Shown piece by piece: positions 29,497-39,635 of a stretch of 64,000 bases of DNA. A model generated the notes under the pieces. It did not search any database. It saw only the letters and a program-made list of their open reading frames with translations, and had not been told where the DNA came from. Positions within the stretch are counted from its first letter, which is position 1; each line of letters begins with the position of its first letter. Both the position numbers and the translations under genes were made by a program. The stretch is taken from the IMG/VR virus record IMGVR_UViG_3300043447_000250, positions 27,214-91,213 of that record, one strand, 5' to 3'. Origin of the DNA: a virus (taxonomy: Duplodnaviria > Caudoviricetes).

Positions 29497-31952
29497 TGGC
29501 ACGGTTTACTGGAGCAGATGGTGGCAATAATGGTGCATCAGCACTTAACTATGTTCAAGTAGCAGGCACACCTCAGACAATCTCGTCTGCACCTAATTCA
29601 ATTGTTGATCTTAATATTACAACAACAGGTAAGCCTGTACAAATTTCCGTAACTGGTGAAGGTGCTAATGCAAATGCTGGTTCTTGGTTAAGACTTAATT
29701 TATTCCGTGACGATGTTGAAATCGGAAATGCTATTCAGATGGAGTCATCTGCAGCATCTGAAAATGTTCCATTTGCAATTAACTTTATTGACGATGTTCA
29801 GGCAGGTACATACAACTACTCTGCTCGTGTTACAACACTTGCTGGAGGCAACTGGACATTTGGCGAGGCTGCTGGTCCTGTTATGAATGCCGTTGAACTT
29901 ACAGGATTTAAGGGTGATCGTGGTCTTAGAGGACTTACTGGTGATCAAGGTCCACAAGGTGAGCCTGGTCCTGCAGGATCTGGTGGTGGAGATTTAGTTA
30001 TTCCAACAGCAATCAAGGATGAAAACGATTCTGACTTTATTACTTTTACAAGAACAAATACTGGAACTGCCCGTATTGATGCACCACAGGATGACCTCTC
30101 ACTTCGTTCTGCTGCAGACATCACTCTTTATGCTGGAACAGATGGACCAGGAAACGTTTATATTGGTTGGGGAGATGCAGAGTATACTCCTGACTCACCA
30201 AACCGTGTAGCAACTATTGGAGATATTCAGGCAGAATCAAATCATGGAGATTTCTATTTTGATGCAACAACACTAAAGGTAGATTCTTCAAATGATATGG
30301 TTTTAGAAGCAAACGAAGGTGATGGAACTATTGCTGCACAGATAAAAGTTGGTGCTGGATATGTTCCAATTGATATCGCTGCCTATGAAGTACAGGAAAA
30401 TTCATTTAATACTGGAGATTGGTCTGCAGCCGAATGGCAGCAAGATGGTTATGGTGCAGGACTGATTGCTTTAACTGGTATGACAAACTTGGAACAATAT
30501 CTTAATAACTTTAATGGGGATTTTCAAAAGATTCTTATAAATAACTCTACACTAGTTGTTTATAACGGCGCAAGTTATGGTGGCGGAAATGCAACTATCT
30601 ATGTTTCTGAAGCACCAATAGAAACAACAGCAGTTAACGATTTAACTTTTATTCAGTCCCTTCGTTCTGGCTTAAGAATTGATCTAGATGATTCACAAAT
30701 GGATCTCAATGCCCCTAACATGGACCTAGGTCTTTATGCAGGAGATGATCTAGACATTAGTGCTGGAGATGACATTAGATTCTATTCTAACAACAATAAT
30801 AACAGTTATCAGTGGAGAATGACTTCAGACGGAATGTTTGAACTTCCAGGTGATGGATATATTTCAAATCCTTCACAGTCTTCTGGCGATGGATATAATA
30901 ATGACACAATTCATATTGTTCCAGATAGCGATTTAAATTCAGATCAGTACTTAATTATTGATCCAACCGCTCCAAACCATATTCATATTCGTGCAGGTGG
31001 AACACAAGATTCTTCCAATGCTGATTTAATTATTGGCGGGGAACTGACCAATGTAAGAGTATCTGATGGAGACAGAAATGTAACTATTAGTTCAAAGCCA
31101 CTTCCACAGTCAATGGCTCATCTAAATGTTAATGCTGTACCAGGAGATAATTTTATAACAAACGATGTTGTAACTGCTACTCCAGGATGGACAGTAGAAG
31201 TAGATGGTATTTCATACCAAATCTCTGATGTTTATTATGACAATCCTTCACCAGGACAGACTACCATGGTTGCTCCAGGTGCAATTTTTATTTATGAAGG
31301 AGTTTACAATGTGTTTGCTCCACAATCTACACTTCAGTGGGAATTTGATTACAATGGAACTCTATATGGTCCAGCAGGAGGTTATGTAACTGTTGCAGGA
31401 ATTACAGGAGAGCCAGGGGATAACATATTTAATGTTGTTGCAGATCAAAATCTTGTATTGCAAAATGGTGAAGGCTATGGAGCATATCTAAATGACTCTA
31501 ACAGTGGTTTAAACCAGATTGCAACAATTGGAGATTTAAACAACATTTATTCAGGCGAGGTGTCATTTACTGTTAATGGTGGCTCTCTCGGAACAATGCC
31601 AACATTTAATGGTGCCCCACTATTTAGCGGTACATATGTAAAGACAGGACCAATGGTACACTTCCAGATCCAAGTAGATATGGATAACATTACTAACTTT
31701 GGTACTGGACAATATTATGTTGATCTTCCATTCCCTGCAAAATACGGGTATCAAGTAAGAGAAGGATGCTTACATGATATATCTGCAGATAAGCAATACG
31801 CTATAGGTGGACATGTATTTGCAGGAGAGTCTAGATTAAAATTATTCTTTACTGATACAAATGGACAGGATCAGGAGTTTGATCATAACAGTCCAATAAC
31901 ACTTGCTATTGCAGATAACTTCCATGTTTCTGGTACATACATAACTGAGTAG
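29496..31952 (+). CDS. tail fibre/adhesin-like protein with short collagen segment
   Basis: G-X-Y run GFKGDRGLRGLTGDQGPQGEPGPAG; repeated (V/I)ATIGD; beta-rich. Confidence 0.65.
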   Translation: MARFTGADGGNNGASALNYVQVAGTPQTISSAPNSIVDLNITTTGKPVQISVTGEGANANAGSWLRLNLFRDDVEIGNAIQMESSAASENVPFAINFIDDVQAGTYNYSARVTTLAGGNWTFGEAAGPVMNAVELTGFKGDRGLRGLTGDQGPQGEPGPAGSGGGDLVIPTAIKDENDSDFITFTRTNTGTARIDAPQDDLSLRSAADITLYAGTDGPGNVYIGWGDAEYTPDSPNRVATIGDIQAESNHGDFYFDATTLKVDSSNDMVLEANEGDGTIAAQIKVGAGYVPIDIAAYEVQENSFNTGDWSAAEWQQDGYGAGLIALTGMTNLEQYLNNFNGDFQKILINNSTLVVYNGASYGGGNATIYVSEAPIETTAVNDLTFIQSLRSGLRIDLDDSQMDLNAPNMDLGLYAGDDLDISAGDDIRFYSNNNNNSYQWRMTSDGMFELPGDGYISNPSQSSGDGYNNDTIHIVPDSDLNSDQYLIIDPTAPNHIHIRAGGTQDSSNADLIIGGELTNVRVSDGDRNVTISSKPLPQSMAHLNVNAVPGDNFITNDVVTATPGWTVEVDGISYQISDVYYDNPSPGQTTMVAPGAIFIYEGVYNVFAPQSTLQWEFDYNGTLYGPAGGYVTVAGITGEPGDNIFNVVADQNLVLQNGEGYGAYLNDSNSGLNQIATIGDLNNIYSGEVSFTVNGGSLGTMPTFNGAPLFSGTYVKTGPMVHFQIQVDMDNITNFGTGQYYVDLPFPAKYGYQVREGCLHDISADKQYAIGGHVFAGESRLKLFFTDTNGQDQEFDHNSPITLAIADNFHVSGTYITE

Positions 31953-31991
31953 TCTGTAAATACAAATAATATTAATGATCTTATTAATTTA

Positions 31992-32660
31992 TTATCTATA
32001 TTTTTTTATATTTCTGTATGACTTCTTGTAATTTTTAAATAGTTTACTATGCTTATCTATTTTGTCACTAATACTCTTGGCAAACTCTTCCTTGGTTGCA
32101 ACTTCCATAGTCCACTCATCTCTTTTAAAAGGAAGGATCTGAGCAATTGGAGTTCCTTTAGGTATAACACCCTCAAACTTTAAATCATTAATAACCATTG
32201 GAAAATTGATTGGAAATATATAGTTGTCTGTATCTACAATCCCAGGAAGTATGGTAAAAACAGACTCCCTATGATTTGGATTAACCACTTCAATTGAGTA
32301 TCCAGGAGGTGTTTGTATTGACCAATAGTTCTTTAACTTTGGATAATCTTGACCATTTGCGTATGGATGAGATCTTGCCTGCTCAATAGAATGAGATAAA
32401 ATTAAATCAAAGTCCTTAGACTCAAATGTTTGAACGCCATTAATAATTTTTACATTAATATCTTGAGGCAAAAGAATTAAATATCCAGCAGTAATAGAGT
32501 CAAAAACTGGCATGCATTTTTTTATTGTTGGCTTATCTTTTTCCTCATGAAAATAACTCTCCATATCCTTATACCATCCTGGAACTACCTGGGAGGCTGG
32601 TACAGGCTGAAGCAGGTCAGGGTAACTTGAAGTGTTAATAAACTTAATTATTTTATGCAT
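31992..32660 (-). CDS. conserved phage beta-barrel protein (paralog of 17398)
   Basis: PGWYK..KKCMPVFD..GY..GIVDTD..FEGVIPKGTP. Confidence 0.75.
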   Translation of the reverse strand: MHKIIKFINTSSYPDLLQPVPASQVVPGWYKDMESYFHEEKDKPTIKKCMPVFDSITAGYLILLPQDINVKIINGVQTFESKDFDLILSHSIEQARSHPYANGQDYPKLKNYWSIQTPPGYSIEVVNPNHRESVFTILPGIVDTDNYIFPINFPMVINDLKFEGVIPKGTPIAQILPFKRDEWTMEVATKEEFAKSISDKIDKHSKLFKNYKKSYRNIKKYR

Positions 32661-32726
32661 ACTAAAAGTATATCATGCGTGAAACTGCTTTATTTTAAGA
32701 ATATTTATATATGCTATAATTATATA

Positions 32727-33449
32727 ATGACTGATATGCCAGAAAACCCAATAATGCCAACTCAGACCTACGAGGGTTGTGAGTGCGATACATGTGCAGA
32801 AAATAATACATCTTGTGCCAACTGCCCTGATTGTGGAGGTAAAGATGCAGAGACAGAGATGGCTGAATATGATGCATCAGTAGGTAAGTCAGACTGTTGC
32901 CCAGAAGACATTTCTAAGCAAGCACCTTGTTGGGATGGATATGTACAGCGTGGTATGAAGCCAGGAGATAATGGTAAGCCAGTTCCTAACTGTGTACCTG
33001 CAGCAAAAGCAGATGACCTATGGGAAGATGATGACACAGTAGTTTATGAAACAGATACAGTATCTAAGGCTGATGGATATTCACCACCAGCAGGAGCAAG
33101 ATCTGCTGCTCGTAGAGCAATTAAGTTTAAGGAAGATGGTAAGGCTAACGGTGCAGGAACATCTGTTGGCTGGACTAGAGCGGGGCAGTTAGCAAGAGGA
33201 GAGACAATTTCTCTTAGTACTGTTAAGAGAATGTACTCATATTTCTCACGCCATGAAGTAGACAAGAAGGGTAAGGACTGGGGAAACTCAGCAAATCCTT
33301 CTAATGGATACATCATGTGGCTAGCATGGGGTGGAGACGCAGGTTTCTCATGGTCAAGATCAATTGTTAATCGTGAAAAAGATAAAGCATTGTTTGCTGA
33401 TTTTGGAAAAGATTACACTAACAACAAGACTGAAAGGTACTTAATATAA
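32727..33449 (+). CDS. hypothetical protein (CWDGY...PNCVP motif; W.AWGGDAG..W domain), leaderless
   Basis: TGCTATAAT 6 nt before the ATG at 32727. Confidence 0.7.
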   Translation: MTDMPENPIMPTQTYEGCECDTCAENNTSCANCPDCGGKDAETEMAEYDASVGKSDCCPEDISKQAPCWDGYVQRGMKPGDNGKPVPNCVPAAKADDLWEDDDTVVYETDTVSKADGYSPPAGARSAARRAIKFKEDGKANGAGTSVGWTRAGQLARGETISLSTVKRMYSYFSRHEVDKKGKDWGNSANPSNGYIMWLAWGGDAGFSWSRSIVNREKDKALFADFGKDYTNNKTERYLI

Positions 33450-33581
33450 TGCCAAAGAAAAAAGCAGGAGCATTTAACGACACACAGATCAAAGACGGTT
33501 GGATTGTTAAAATGCGTAAAGATGGAACAGTAAAGTCTCAAGTTGCACCTTACGAACCAAAGCATCCAAATAAATAACTTG

Positions 33582-33653
33582 CGTCCCTGATAGGATTCGA
33601 ACCTATGACCTACACCTTAGAAGGGTGTCACTCTTCCGCTGAGTTACAGAGAC
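33582..33653 (-). tRNA. tRNA-Arg(TCT)
   Basis: cloverleaf; acacc-cttctaa-ggtgt; GGTTCGAATCC. Confidence 0.9.
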
Positions 33654-33657
33654 CTTG

Positions 33658-33731
33658 TACACCAGGTAGGACTTGAACCTACGATAACCGAATTATGAGT
33701 TCGGGGCCTTAACCAACTTGGCTACTGGTGC
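33658..33731 (-). tRNA. tRNA with CAT anticodon (Ile2 or elongator Met)
   Basis: ccgaa-ctcataa-ttcgg; lacks initiator features. Confidence 0.88.
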
Positions 33732-33747
33732 TTATTAAGTTTTATTG

Positions 33748-33818
33748 CTCTCCCCCCTGGATTCGAACCAGGATTGCCAGTGCCAAAAACTGGAGTCCTA
33801 CCGTTGGACGAAGGGAGA
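33748..33818 (-). tRNA. tRNA-Gln(TTG)
   Basis: ccagt-ttttggc-actgg; U1:A72. Confidence 0.88.
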
Positions 33819-33829
33819 TAACCTTCCTG

Positions 33830-34984
33830 TTAGGGAAGAATCTGGAATGACGTAGTGGTTACCTTAGACTCACTCCAAATATTGTTTCCACCTACAGATG
33901 CAGATAAACTACAAACTCCAGGTGCAATAAACTTTATCAACTTGCCCTGGATCTGGCAAGTCAAAGGTGTTGTAGATGTTACAACTGGTGCAATCGTAAA
34001 ACCAACTACTGGAGCCTTTGATGATGCATAAAGATATGCATTCCAACTAGGTCCACCTGTTGCACTCCATACAGCCATTGAGTATGTTTTTGCAAATCCA
34101 CTAAAACTAATAGATTGTGCAAACTTTGCTTGCATTGAGTAGGAAAGGTTGGTTGCTGATGGAACAATCTTTGGATAGGTAAGTGGATCAACAAATTCTG
34201 TCGAACAGGTGTATGAGTTCTTATTAATAGTTACCCCAAGTGCTGCTGCTTCTCCTGCATCTGCAGTTCTATTCCAACAGGCTGTTGAGGGGCTTCCACC
34301 GCTCATAAAGACTGGTGCCTTGATTGCACTAATTCCTGTCGAGCCAGTTGTTGAGATGTATGTCCACTTATCAGCAGAGTTACAACCGTATGCGTTGCAT
34401 GATGCAACATTGACTACATAAAGAGTGCTTGGTTTTAGACCTGTTGCTGAAAAGGTAGTATCCAAAGATACTGAATCAACAGCCACTGGTCCTGGGTCAC
34501 CATTTGCCTGTGACTCCCAAACATTTACACGGTACCCATAAAGCGAAGCACCACCATCATTTGTATTAGGAACCCAAGCAATGTCAACAGATGTATCTGA
34601 CTTAGCAACTGCAAGTGGTCGCTGAGGTGCGTAAGGAATGGATGCAGCCTTAACTGGATTAGATGGTACAGATGCAATTCCAATTCCACCAGCAGAGTTT
34701 ACAGTTACAGTAAAAGTATAAGTATTTACAAAGCCTAGTTGTGCTGTTGCAAACACACATTTTACGTTTGTAGCACCAGACGCTGTACAGATCTGTCCTG
34801 TATTTGAAGTAACAGTATAAGACTTAATACCTTTGGTATCTGATGGCAATGTCCATCCAACCATGTATCCAAGATCTACACGATAGTATGCACTCACGCC
34901 AGTTACAGTTCTAGATTCAGCAGCCTCTGCTGGATAGACTCCAATAGATAGCAAAGTAGCCAATATCAAAAAAATCTTTTTCAT
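33830..34984 (-). CDS. secreted fibronectin type III domain protein
   Basis: signal peptide ending AEA; W.P...GG....Y.V...GLKPSTLY. Confidence 0.8.
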   Translation of the reverse strand: MKKIFLILATLLSIGVYPAEAAESRTVTGVSAYYRVDLGYMVGWTLPSDTKGIKSYTVTSNTGQICTASGATNVKCVFATAQLGFVNTYTFTVTVNSAGGIGIASVPSNPVKAASIPYAPQRPLAVAKSDTSVDIAWVPNTNDGGASLYGYRVNVWESQANGDPGPVAVDSVSLDTTFSATGLKPSTLYVVNVASCNAYGCNSADKWTYISTTGSTGISAIKAPVFMSGGSPSTACWNRTADAGEAAALGVTINKNSYTCSTEFVDPLTYPKIVPSATNLSYSMQAKFAQSISFSGFAKTYSMAVWSATGGPSWNAYLYASSKAPVVGFTIAPVVTSTTPLTCQIQGKLIKFIAPGVCSLSASVGGNNIWSESKVTTTSFQILP

Positions 34985-35048
34985 ATGTTTTTTCCTTTTT
35001 TTAGTAGTATGTATTAAGTATACATCCTTGAAGTGTGATTGTCAAATA

Positions 35049-35453
35049 CTAAACAGCAAAACTATCTGAAACTTCTTGAGAATATCTATCTATAATATTA
35101 AGCAAGTGTGTGCTAGTCCCAGGATAAAACTGATTAAAAAAATCTTTATAGCGACCAAAAAGTAATAAAGACCCTGAAAACTTAGCAAAGTATTCCATAT
35201 CTGGAACAAAGAACCAGTCTCTCAAATGATTAGATAACTTTTCTAGCACCTGTCTGTTTCTTATATCCTCTATATCAACATTTTCACGAACAAGTTCTAC
35301 TAGGTCATTCATAATCTCAGTAGCCTCACCAGACATAGTTATCCAGTCCTGCCTTGAATACTGATTTATTCTTTCTTTTGCTTCAACTACAAATTTGTCA
35401 TCTGGCTCATTGGCCTTCCAGTCAATCCACAAAGACATACAAGATATATTCAT
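35049..35453 (-). CDS. hypothetical protein (leaderless; TipAS-like helical)
   Basis: TGGTATAAT before the ATG at 35453; the longer ORF call overlaps tRNAs. Confidence 0.6.
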   Translation of the reverse strand: MNISCMSLWIDWKANEPDDKFVVEAKERINQYSRQDWITMSGEATEIMNDLVELVRENVDIEDIRNRQVLEKLSNHLRDWFFVPDMEYFAKFSGSLLLFGRYKDFFNQFYPGTSTHLLNIIDRYSQEVSDSFAV

Positions 35454-35476
35454 TAAGCAATTATACCAACAATTAG

Positions 35477-35548
35477 TAGCCCCAACGGGAATCGAACCCG
35501 TCTTGCCAGATTGAAAATCTGGAGTCCTAACCGATAGACGATAGGGCC
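35477..35548 (-). tRNA. tRNA-Glu(TTC)
   Basis: ccaga-ttttcaa-tctgg. Confidence 0.9.
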
Positions 35549-35552
35549 TTAG

Positions 35553-35632
35553 TCCGTTATCTTGGAATCGAACCAAGCATGCTATTAGCGGGGGATTTAC
35601 AGTCCCCTGTCCCACCTTGGAACATATAACGG
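35553..35632 (-). tRNA. tRNA-Tyr(GTA), atypical
   Basis: gggga-ctgtaaa-tcccc, variable arm, C1:G72 acceptor pair. Confidence 0.8.
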
Positions 35633-35636
35633 AAAG

Positions 35637-35719
35637 CGGAAATAATAGGATTCGAACCTATGGATCTTGCGATCTACGATTTAGCAAACCGTTGCATTCG
35701 GCCTCTCTGCCATATTTCC
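35637..35719 (-). tRNA. tRNA-Ser(GCT)
   Basis: acggt-ttgctaa-atcgt, long variable arm, G73. Confidence 0.9.
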
Positions 35720-35724
35720 ATTTG

Positions 35725-35797
35725 CTGGGGATGCAGGCCTCGATCCTGCGACTTGCGAATTAACAGTTCGCCACTCTACCAACTGAGTTAATCCCCA
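35725..35797 (-). tRNA. tRNA-Asn(GTT)
   Basis: gcgaa-ctgttaa-ttcgc; T-loop ATCGAGG. Confidence 0.88.
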
Positions 35798-35854
35798 TAG
35801 AGTATAAAGTATAACATGAAAAGTAAGTCTAGGAACAGACCAACCCTGATGTCG

Positions 35855-35928
35855 TGCTTCTCACAGGAGTTGAACCTGTAACACCCAGATCCTAAATCTG
35901 GTGCCTCTACCAATTGGGCTAGAGAAGC
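35855..35928 (-). tRNA. tRNA-Leu(TAG), short variable loop
   Basis: ccaga-tttagga-tctgg. Confidence 0.85.
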
Positions 35929-35931
35929 AAT

Positions 35932-36101
35932 GTAAGCGGGGATTGACTAATTCCCCCTTACTGACTCTATACTAAATATCCTACGAGTAGTAGCAACCAT
36001 GGACACACTCGTTCCTGCGGTAAGGTTAGTACCGTTGCTAGATTTCAGTCTAGTCCCTACACCGTAATAACGAATACGATAACGAGTGTTAGTCACTACA
36101 C
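35932..36101 (-). ncRNA. unassigned structured RNA inside the tRNA cluster
   Basis: long closing stems around three hairpins, plus a 3' hairpin. Confidence 0.55.
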
Positions 36102-36103
36102 TG

Positions 36104-36174
36104 CAGGCTCTCTAGGAGTCGAACCTAGGCTTACCGCTTTGGAGACGGTAGTGCTTCCGTAACACTTAGAACCT
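36104..36174 (-). tRNA. tRNA-Trp(CCA)
   Basis: accgt-ctccaaa-gcggt. Confidence 0.88.
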
Positions 36175-36175
36175 G

Positions 36176-36249
36176 TGGAGCGAGTGACCAGAATCGAACT
36201 GGCACAACCAACTTGGAAGGATGGTGCACTACCATTATGCAACACTCGC
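36176..36249 (-). tRNA. tRNA-Gly(TCC)
   Basis: ccatc-cttccaa-gttgg; encoded CCA. Confidence 0.9.
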
Positions 36250-36272
36250 AATTACTCTATTTAATTATACTG

Positions 36273-36345
36273 TACCCGAAGTGAGATTCGAACTCACGCT
36301 TGGTAAATTTTAAGTCTACTGCCTCTACCGCTGGGCTATTCGGGC
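36273..36345 (-). tRNA. tRNA-Leu(TAA), short variable loop
   Basis: gtaga-cttaaaa-tttac. Confidence 0.87.
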
Positions 36346-36801
36346 AAACCTTAGTTTGCTAACAAGCCAATTAAAAAGCCAATTAAAAACATTGATGTTC
36401 CAATAACCCAGTGATATCTACGCATAAGATAATCTTTAACAATCTTATCTTGAATAGATTCTGGAACCTCTACGTACTTATCTCTACCAACTTCAATCTC
36501 ATACATCTTTGTCCTCCTGGTCAACACCATAAGTCATAGTTACATAACATACATAGAATCCTGCAGCAAATGCGGGGATAATGAATAATGCATCAATCAT
36601 ATATTAAGTATACCTCAATCGAATAGTTTTGTAAAGTTAAGCCAAAGATGCATCTGGCATTGTTTCACCACAAGGGCAAATGATAGACTCAGGAAGTTCG
36701 TGGACCTCAGTCTCAATAGTGATAAGAGTTTTGCACTCTGAGCAAGCATAAGTAATTTTTGTCATGTATTAATGATACCACAGTATGATATGATTGTCTA
36801 T

Positions 36802-36966
36802 ATGGAATGCACACATGAAAATAAAAAGCCATATTATTATGGATATATGAATAGCGACTTTGTTAAGGCGCAGTGGGATGGGATGTCCTATTATGGTGGT
36901 TTTCAGCGCTCTGAGGGGCTTCCTGAGCACTTTTGCCCAGACTGCTTAGAAGATTTATACGAATAG
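36802..36966 (+). CDS. small Cys-containing protein (leaderless)
   Basis: TGATATGAT before ATG; CxH...CPDC. Confidence 0.55.
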   Translation: MECTHENKKPYYYGYMNSDFVKAQWDGMSYYGGFQRSEGLPEHFCPDCLEDLYE

Positions 36967-37202
36967 GTCTCAACCCCTCTTCAATGACCTGATTTCGTAT
37001 CTTAGCCTGCTGGCGATCAAACTTAGAAATATAGGGCTTTGCCTGCTTTCTTTTGAGATTTTTCCTTTGTCGTTTCTGGCTCATGATTTACCATAATTTG
37101 TAAAATGTTTTTTACATACGCCATGAATAAATGACTGTCCATTAACTGTAATTAGATCATTAAAGATTGCCGTTTTGCCACAGTAGTAGCAGTTTTCTTC
37201 CA

Positions 37203-37481
37203 TCACCAAACCTCATCCATATCAAATTCTGGGCCTATAGATTCATAGGTATATCTCATTGCAGTTCCCAAGTTTTCTTCTGGGATGTCATTAAAGTAAT
37301 ACTTGTTACGCTCCTCAGAGTAAGTCCAAGAGCGCCAACCATCGCCATCGTTCCAGAATGCAGATCCAGGGGTGGTCTCTCTTAATCTTTCTTCTATCAT
37401 ATCGTAGAGATGCACTTCATTAAAGATTGCATTTCTTAGTGGTGTATACCAAAATAACTTCGTAACTAACCAATTAATCAT
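37203..37481 (-). CDS. hypothetical protein
   Basis: RBS aaggag. Confidence 0.65.
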   Translation of the reverse strand: MINWLVTKLFWYTPLRNAIFNEVHLYDMIEERLRETTPGSAFWNDGDGWRSWTYSEERNKYYFNDIPEENLGTAMRYTYESIGPEFDMDEVW

Positions 37482-37755
37482 TATCTACTTGCTCCTTTGG
37501 AACCCATACTTTTTTACCATCTTTCCAGACAGGCCAATAGCCAAGGCTACGCCAATCCATAGACATGATCTTAGGCTCTATCATTGATCGCTACCAATAG
37601 CAAACCAAACTACCCATACAATAGTAAACATTCCAGCCAGCCAGCCTAAAAAGAAGTTAATCATTTCTTTGTGCACCACACCTTATAGTCACTCATAGTC
37701 TGGTGTGTATCCCAGTATTCGATATTTTCTTTATCCATACCACATGTATTGCAAA

Positions 37756-38022
37756 TCATTTTCTCACCTTTGGTTTTGGCATTCGCTCTTTAATCAATTC
37801 TATCACAGAATCAATACCTTCTGCAAATGATAAGGCATCATCTTTAGCCCAGGCAATATTTCCATCCTCACTAAGAGAGCCACCACGATAAACTATATAA
37901 TCACGCTTAGTCTGCTCAAATAGTTCAATGAGTTGTTTTCTTTCAAATGCAATAGCCTTGCTGCAACCACTACATGGACATGCCCATTCTCCTCTAGCAG
38001 GCGTTTGATTTGGATCAGCCAT
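37756..38022 (-). CDS. hypothetical protein
   Basis: CPCxxC; coupled. Confidence 0.65.
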   Translation of the reverse strand: MADPNQTPARGEWACPCSGCSKAIAFERKQLIELFEQTKRDYIVYRGGSLSEDGNIAWAKDDALSFAEGIDSVIELIKERMPKPKVRK

Positions 38023-38225
38023 TAGTTATCTCTCGCAATTCTTTCTGCATAATCCTTGACATAAATAAACATCTTATTAGCGTCTTCAAGTTGATCAAAA
38101 TTCGACGGTAAAGCCATTAAAGCAATCTCATCTCCAATAGACTTACGAACCTTAGCAACTATCTTATGTGTACCATTACACATACCTTCTGCATCTGTAG
38201 TGAACATGCACGAGCATTTCCCCAT
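38022..38225 (-). CDS. CDGSH-like iron-sulfur small protein
   Basis: CSC...CNGTH. Confidence 0.55.
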   Translation of the reverse strand: MGKCSCMFTTDAEGMCNGTHKIVAKVRKSIGDEIALMALPSNFDQLEDANKMFIYVKDYAERIARDN

Positions 38226-38599
38226 TAAACTACCTCCTGTATAATACTAATAATAGCATCTGTCTTCTCTTTAGTCAAACCCTTTAGTTCATAACTAGGA
38301 AATCCAACCTTATCGTTTTCATCCCAATATTGTGTGCTATTTAAATATTCAACGGCATGTTCAAGTTCCCTCTTTATCTTATCACGCAAAAGAGTCATGG
38401 CCATTTCTTCTGTGCCACATTTAGGGCTAGTCCAATGGCTAATAATGTATCCATGATGATATGCAACATAGTATGGCTCTTCTCCGTAAGACCAGATTTT
38501 ATGAATATACCAATGGCAATCACGGTCTTTATGATGATCCTTGTTTACATATTCATACCATACATCAGTTAGTTTAGTTACTTCTTCTTCAAGAGTCAT
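38225..38599 (-). CDS. hypothetical protein
   Basis: DHHKDRDCHW motif. Confidence 0.65.
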   Translation of the reverse strand: MTLEEEVTKLTDVWYEYVNKDHHKDRDCHWYIHKIWSYGEEPYYVAYHHGYIISHWTSPKCGTEEMAMTLLRDKIKRELEHAVEYLNSTQYWDENDKVGFPSYELKGLTKEKTDAIISIIQEVV

Positions 38600-38828
38600 T
38601 AGCGTCGTCTTTTGTCCAATCATATACACTATCATACAGGTAATTCATTACTTCGTCAACTGCCCCCGCCATTGTGGGAGCGGTACATGAGCAGTAGTAG
38701 CCATCTTCAGCAAAAGATAAATCTGCTTCCCAGTGTGTAAACTTATCATCAAACTTAACCTTAGTAATCTTAATAGTTACAGAGTCTGAATAATCTAATT
38801 GATCTTCAGGCCATTCAATCTTATCCAT
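38589..38828 (-). CDS. hypothetical protein
   Basis: RBS ggaggg. Confidence 0.6.
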   Translation of the reverse strand: MDKIEWPEDQLDYSDSVTIKITKVKFDDKFTHWEADLSFAEDGYYCSCTAPTMAGAVDEVMNYLYDSVYDWTKDDANDS

Positions 38829-38997
38829 TACTTTCCCTCCAAAACCCAATTAATTGATTTAATAGTTTTATATATGTAATATTTATTATCATCTAGTTGA
38901 TAGGATTTACCTAGAGATTCTAGTTCTTTCCATGACATTCCCGCTTTTTTTAGTAGGGATTCACGATTTGCAATTAATTCATCACTAGTTTTAATGA

Positions 38998-39222
38998 TCA
39001 TCCCAACTCCTTCTCAATAGCCTGAATAGTTGGGCAAGGATAAGACATATAGCCACCTTCAATATTGATGCAATGACTGCAACCAAAGTTCCAAGGCTTA
39101 TGCAATTCCACTACTGCACGAAGGGCGTTACGCCAATAAGCGTAGGTACTTTTGTCCCAAATATTTGGATGTACTATTGATTCAAAGTCATTTATCTTTG
39201 CCAGCAATTCATCGTGGGTCAT
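38998..39222 (-). CDS. actinophage-type hypothetical protein
   Basis: ALRAVVELHKP..CxxC..YPCPTIQAIEKEL. Confidence 0.7.
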   Translation of the reverse strand: MTHDELLAKINDFESIVHPNIWDKSTYAYWRNALRAVVELHKPWNFGCSHCINIEGGYMSYPCPTIQAIEKELG

Positions 39223-39454
39223 TTCTATACCTCTCATTAATAGCCTGAACAATTCCTTCTAATACATTATATCCAATATAAGCAAGAATAGCAATAGGGC
39301 CAAATACTGCAATTCCAAATGCTATAAAAATAAACATGCACAACAAACCTACATCTAACTCCCCAAAGTCTTCCATCTCAGATTTAATAAATGCTGTCAG
39401 TGCGTGTCTGAATACAATTACTGAGCATCCAAGCCATAGCAGTTTAATTATCAT
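39209..39454 (-). CDS. membrane protein
   Basis: two hydrophobic segments. Confidence 0.6.
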   Translation of the reverse strand: MIIKLLWLGCSVIVFRHALTAFIKSEMEDFGELDVGLLCMFIFIAFGIAVFGPIAILAYIGYNVLEGIVQAINERYRNDPR

Positions 39455-39635
39455 TACAACTCTACCTCAATCTTTTGTCCAGTACCCTGCTTAGCAACTT
39501 TCTTGTGCCTACGCTTCATTCTTCTAATAGCCCCATTCTTGGTGTATGCATAACCAGAGTATCTCATGCTGTCATTTTTAAATTCCCACCACCAGCCTCT
39601 GGCAATTTCGGGGTACTGCTTAATAGTTCCAATCA

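Noticed and set aside
35454-35615. N-terminal extension of ORF 35049-35615
   Set aside because: Overlaps tRNA-Glu and tRNA-Tyr; a leaderless start at 35453 fits better
35855-35928. tRNA with TAG or TAA anticodon as a stop-codon suppressor, or genome recoding
   Set aside because: Anticodons TAG and TAA read the Leu codons CTA and TTA; genes are intact in the standard code and all three stops are used
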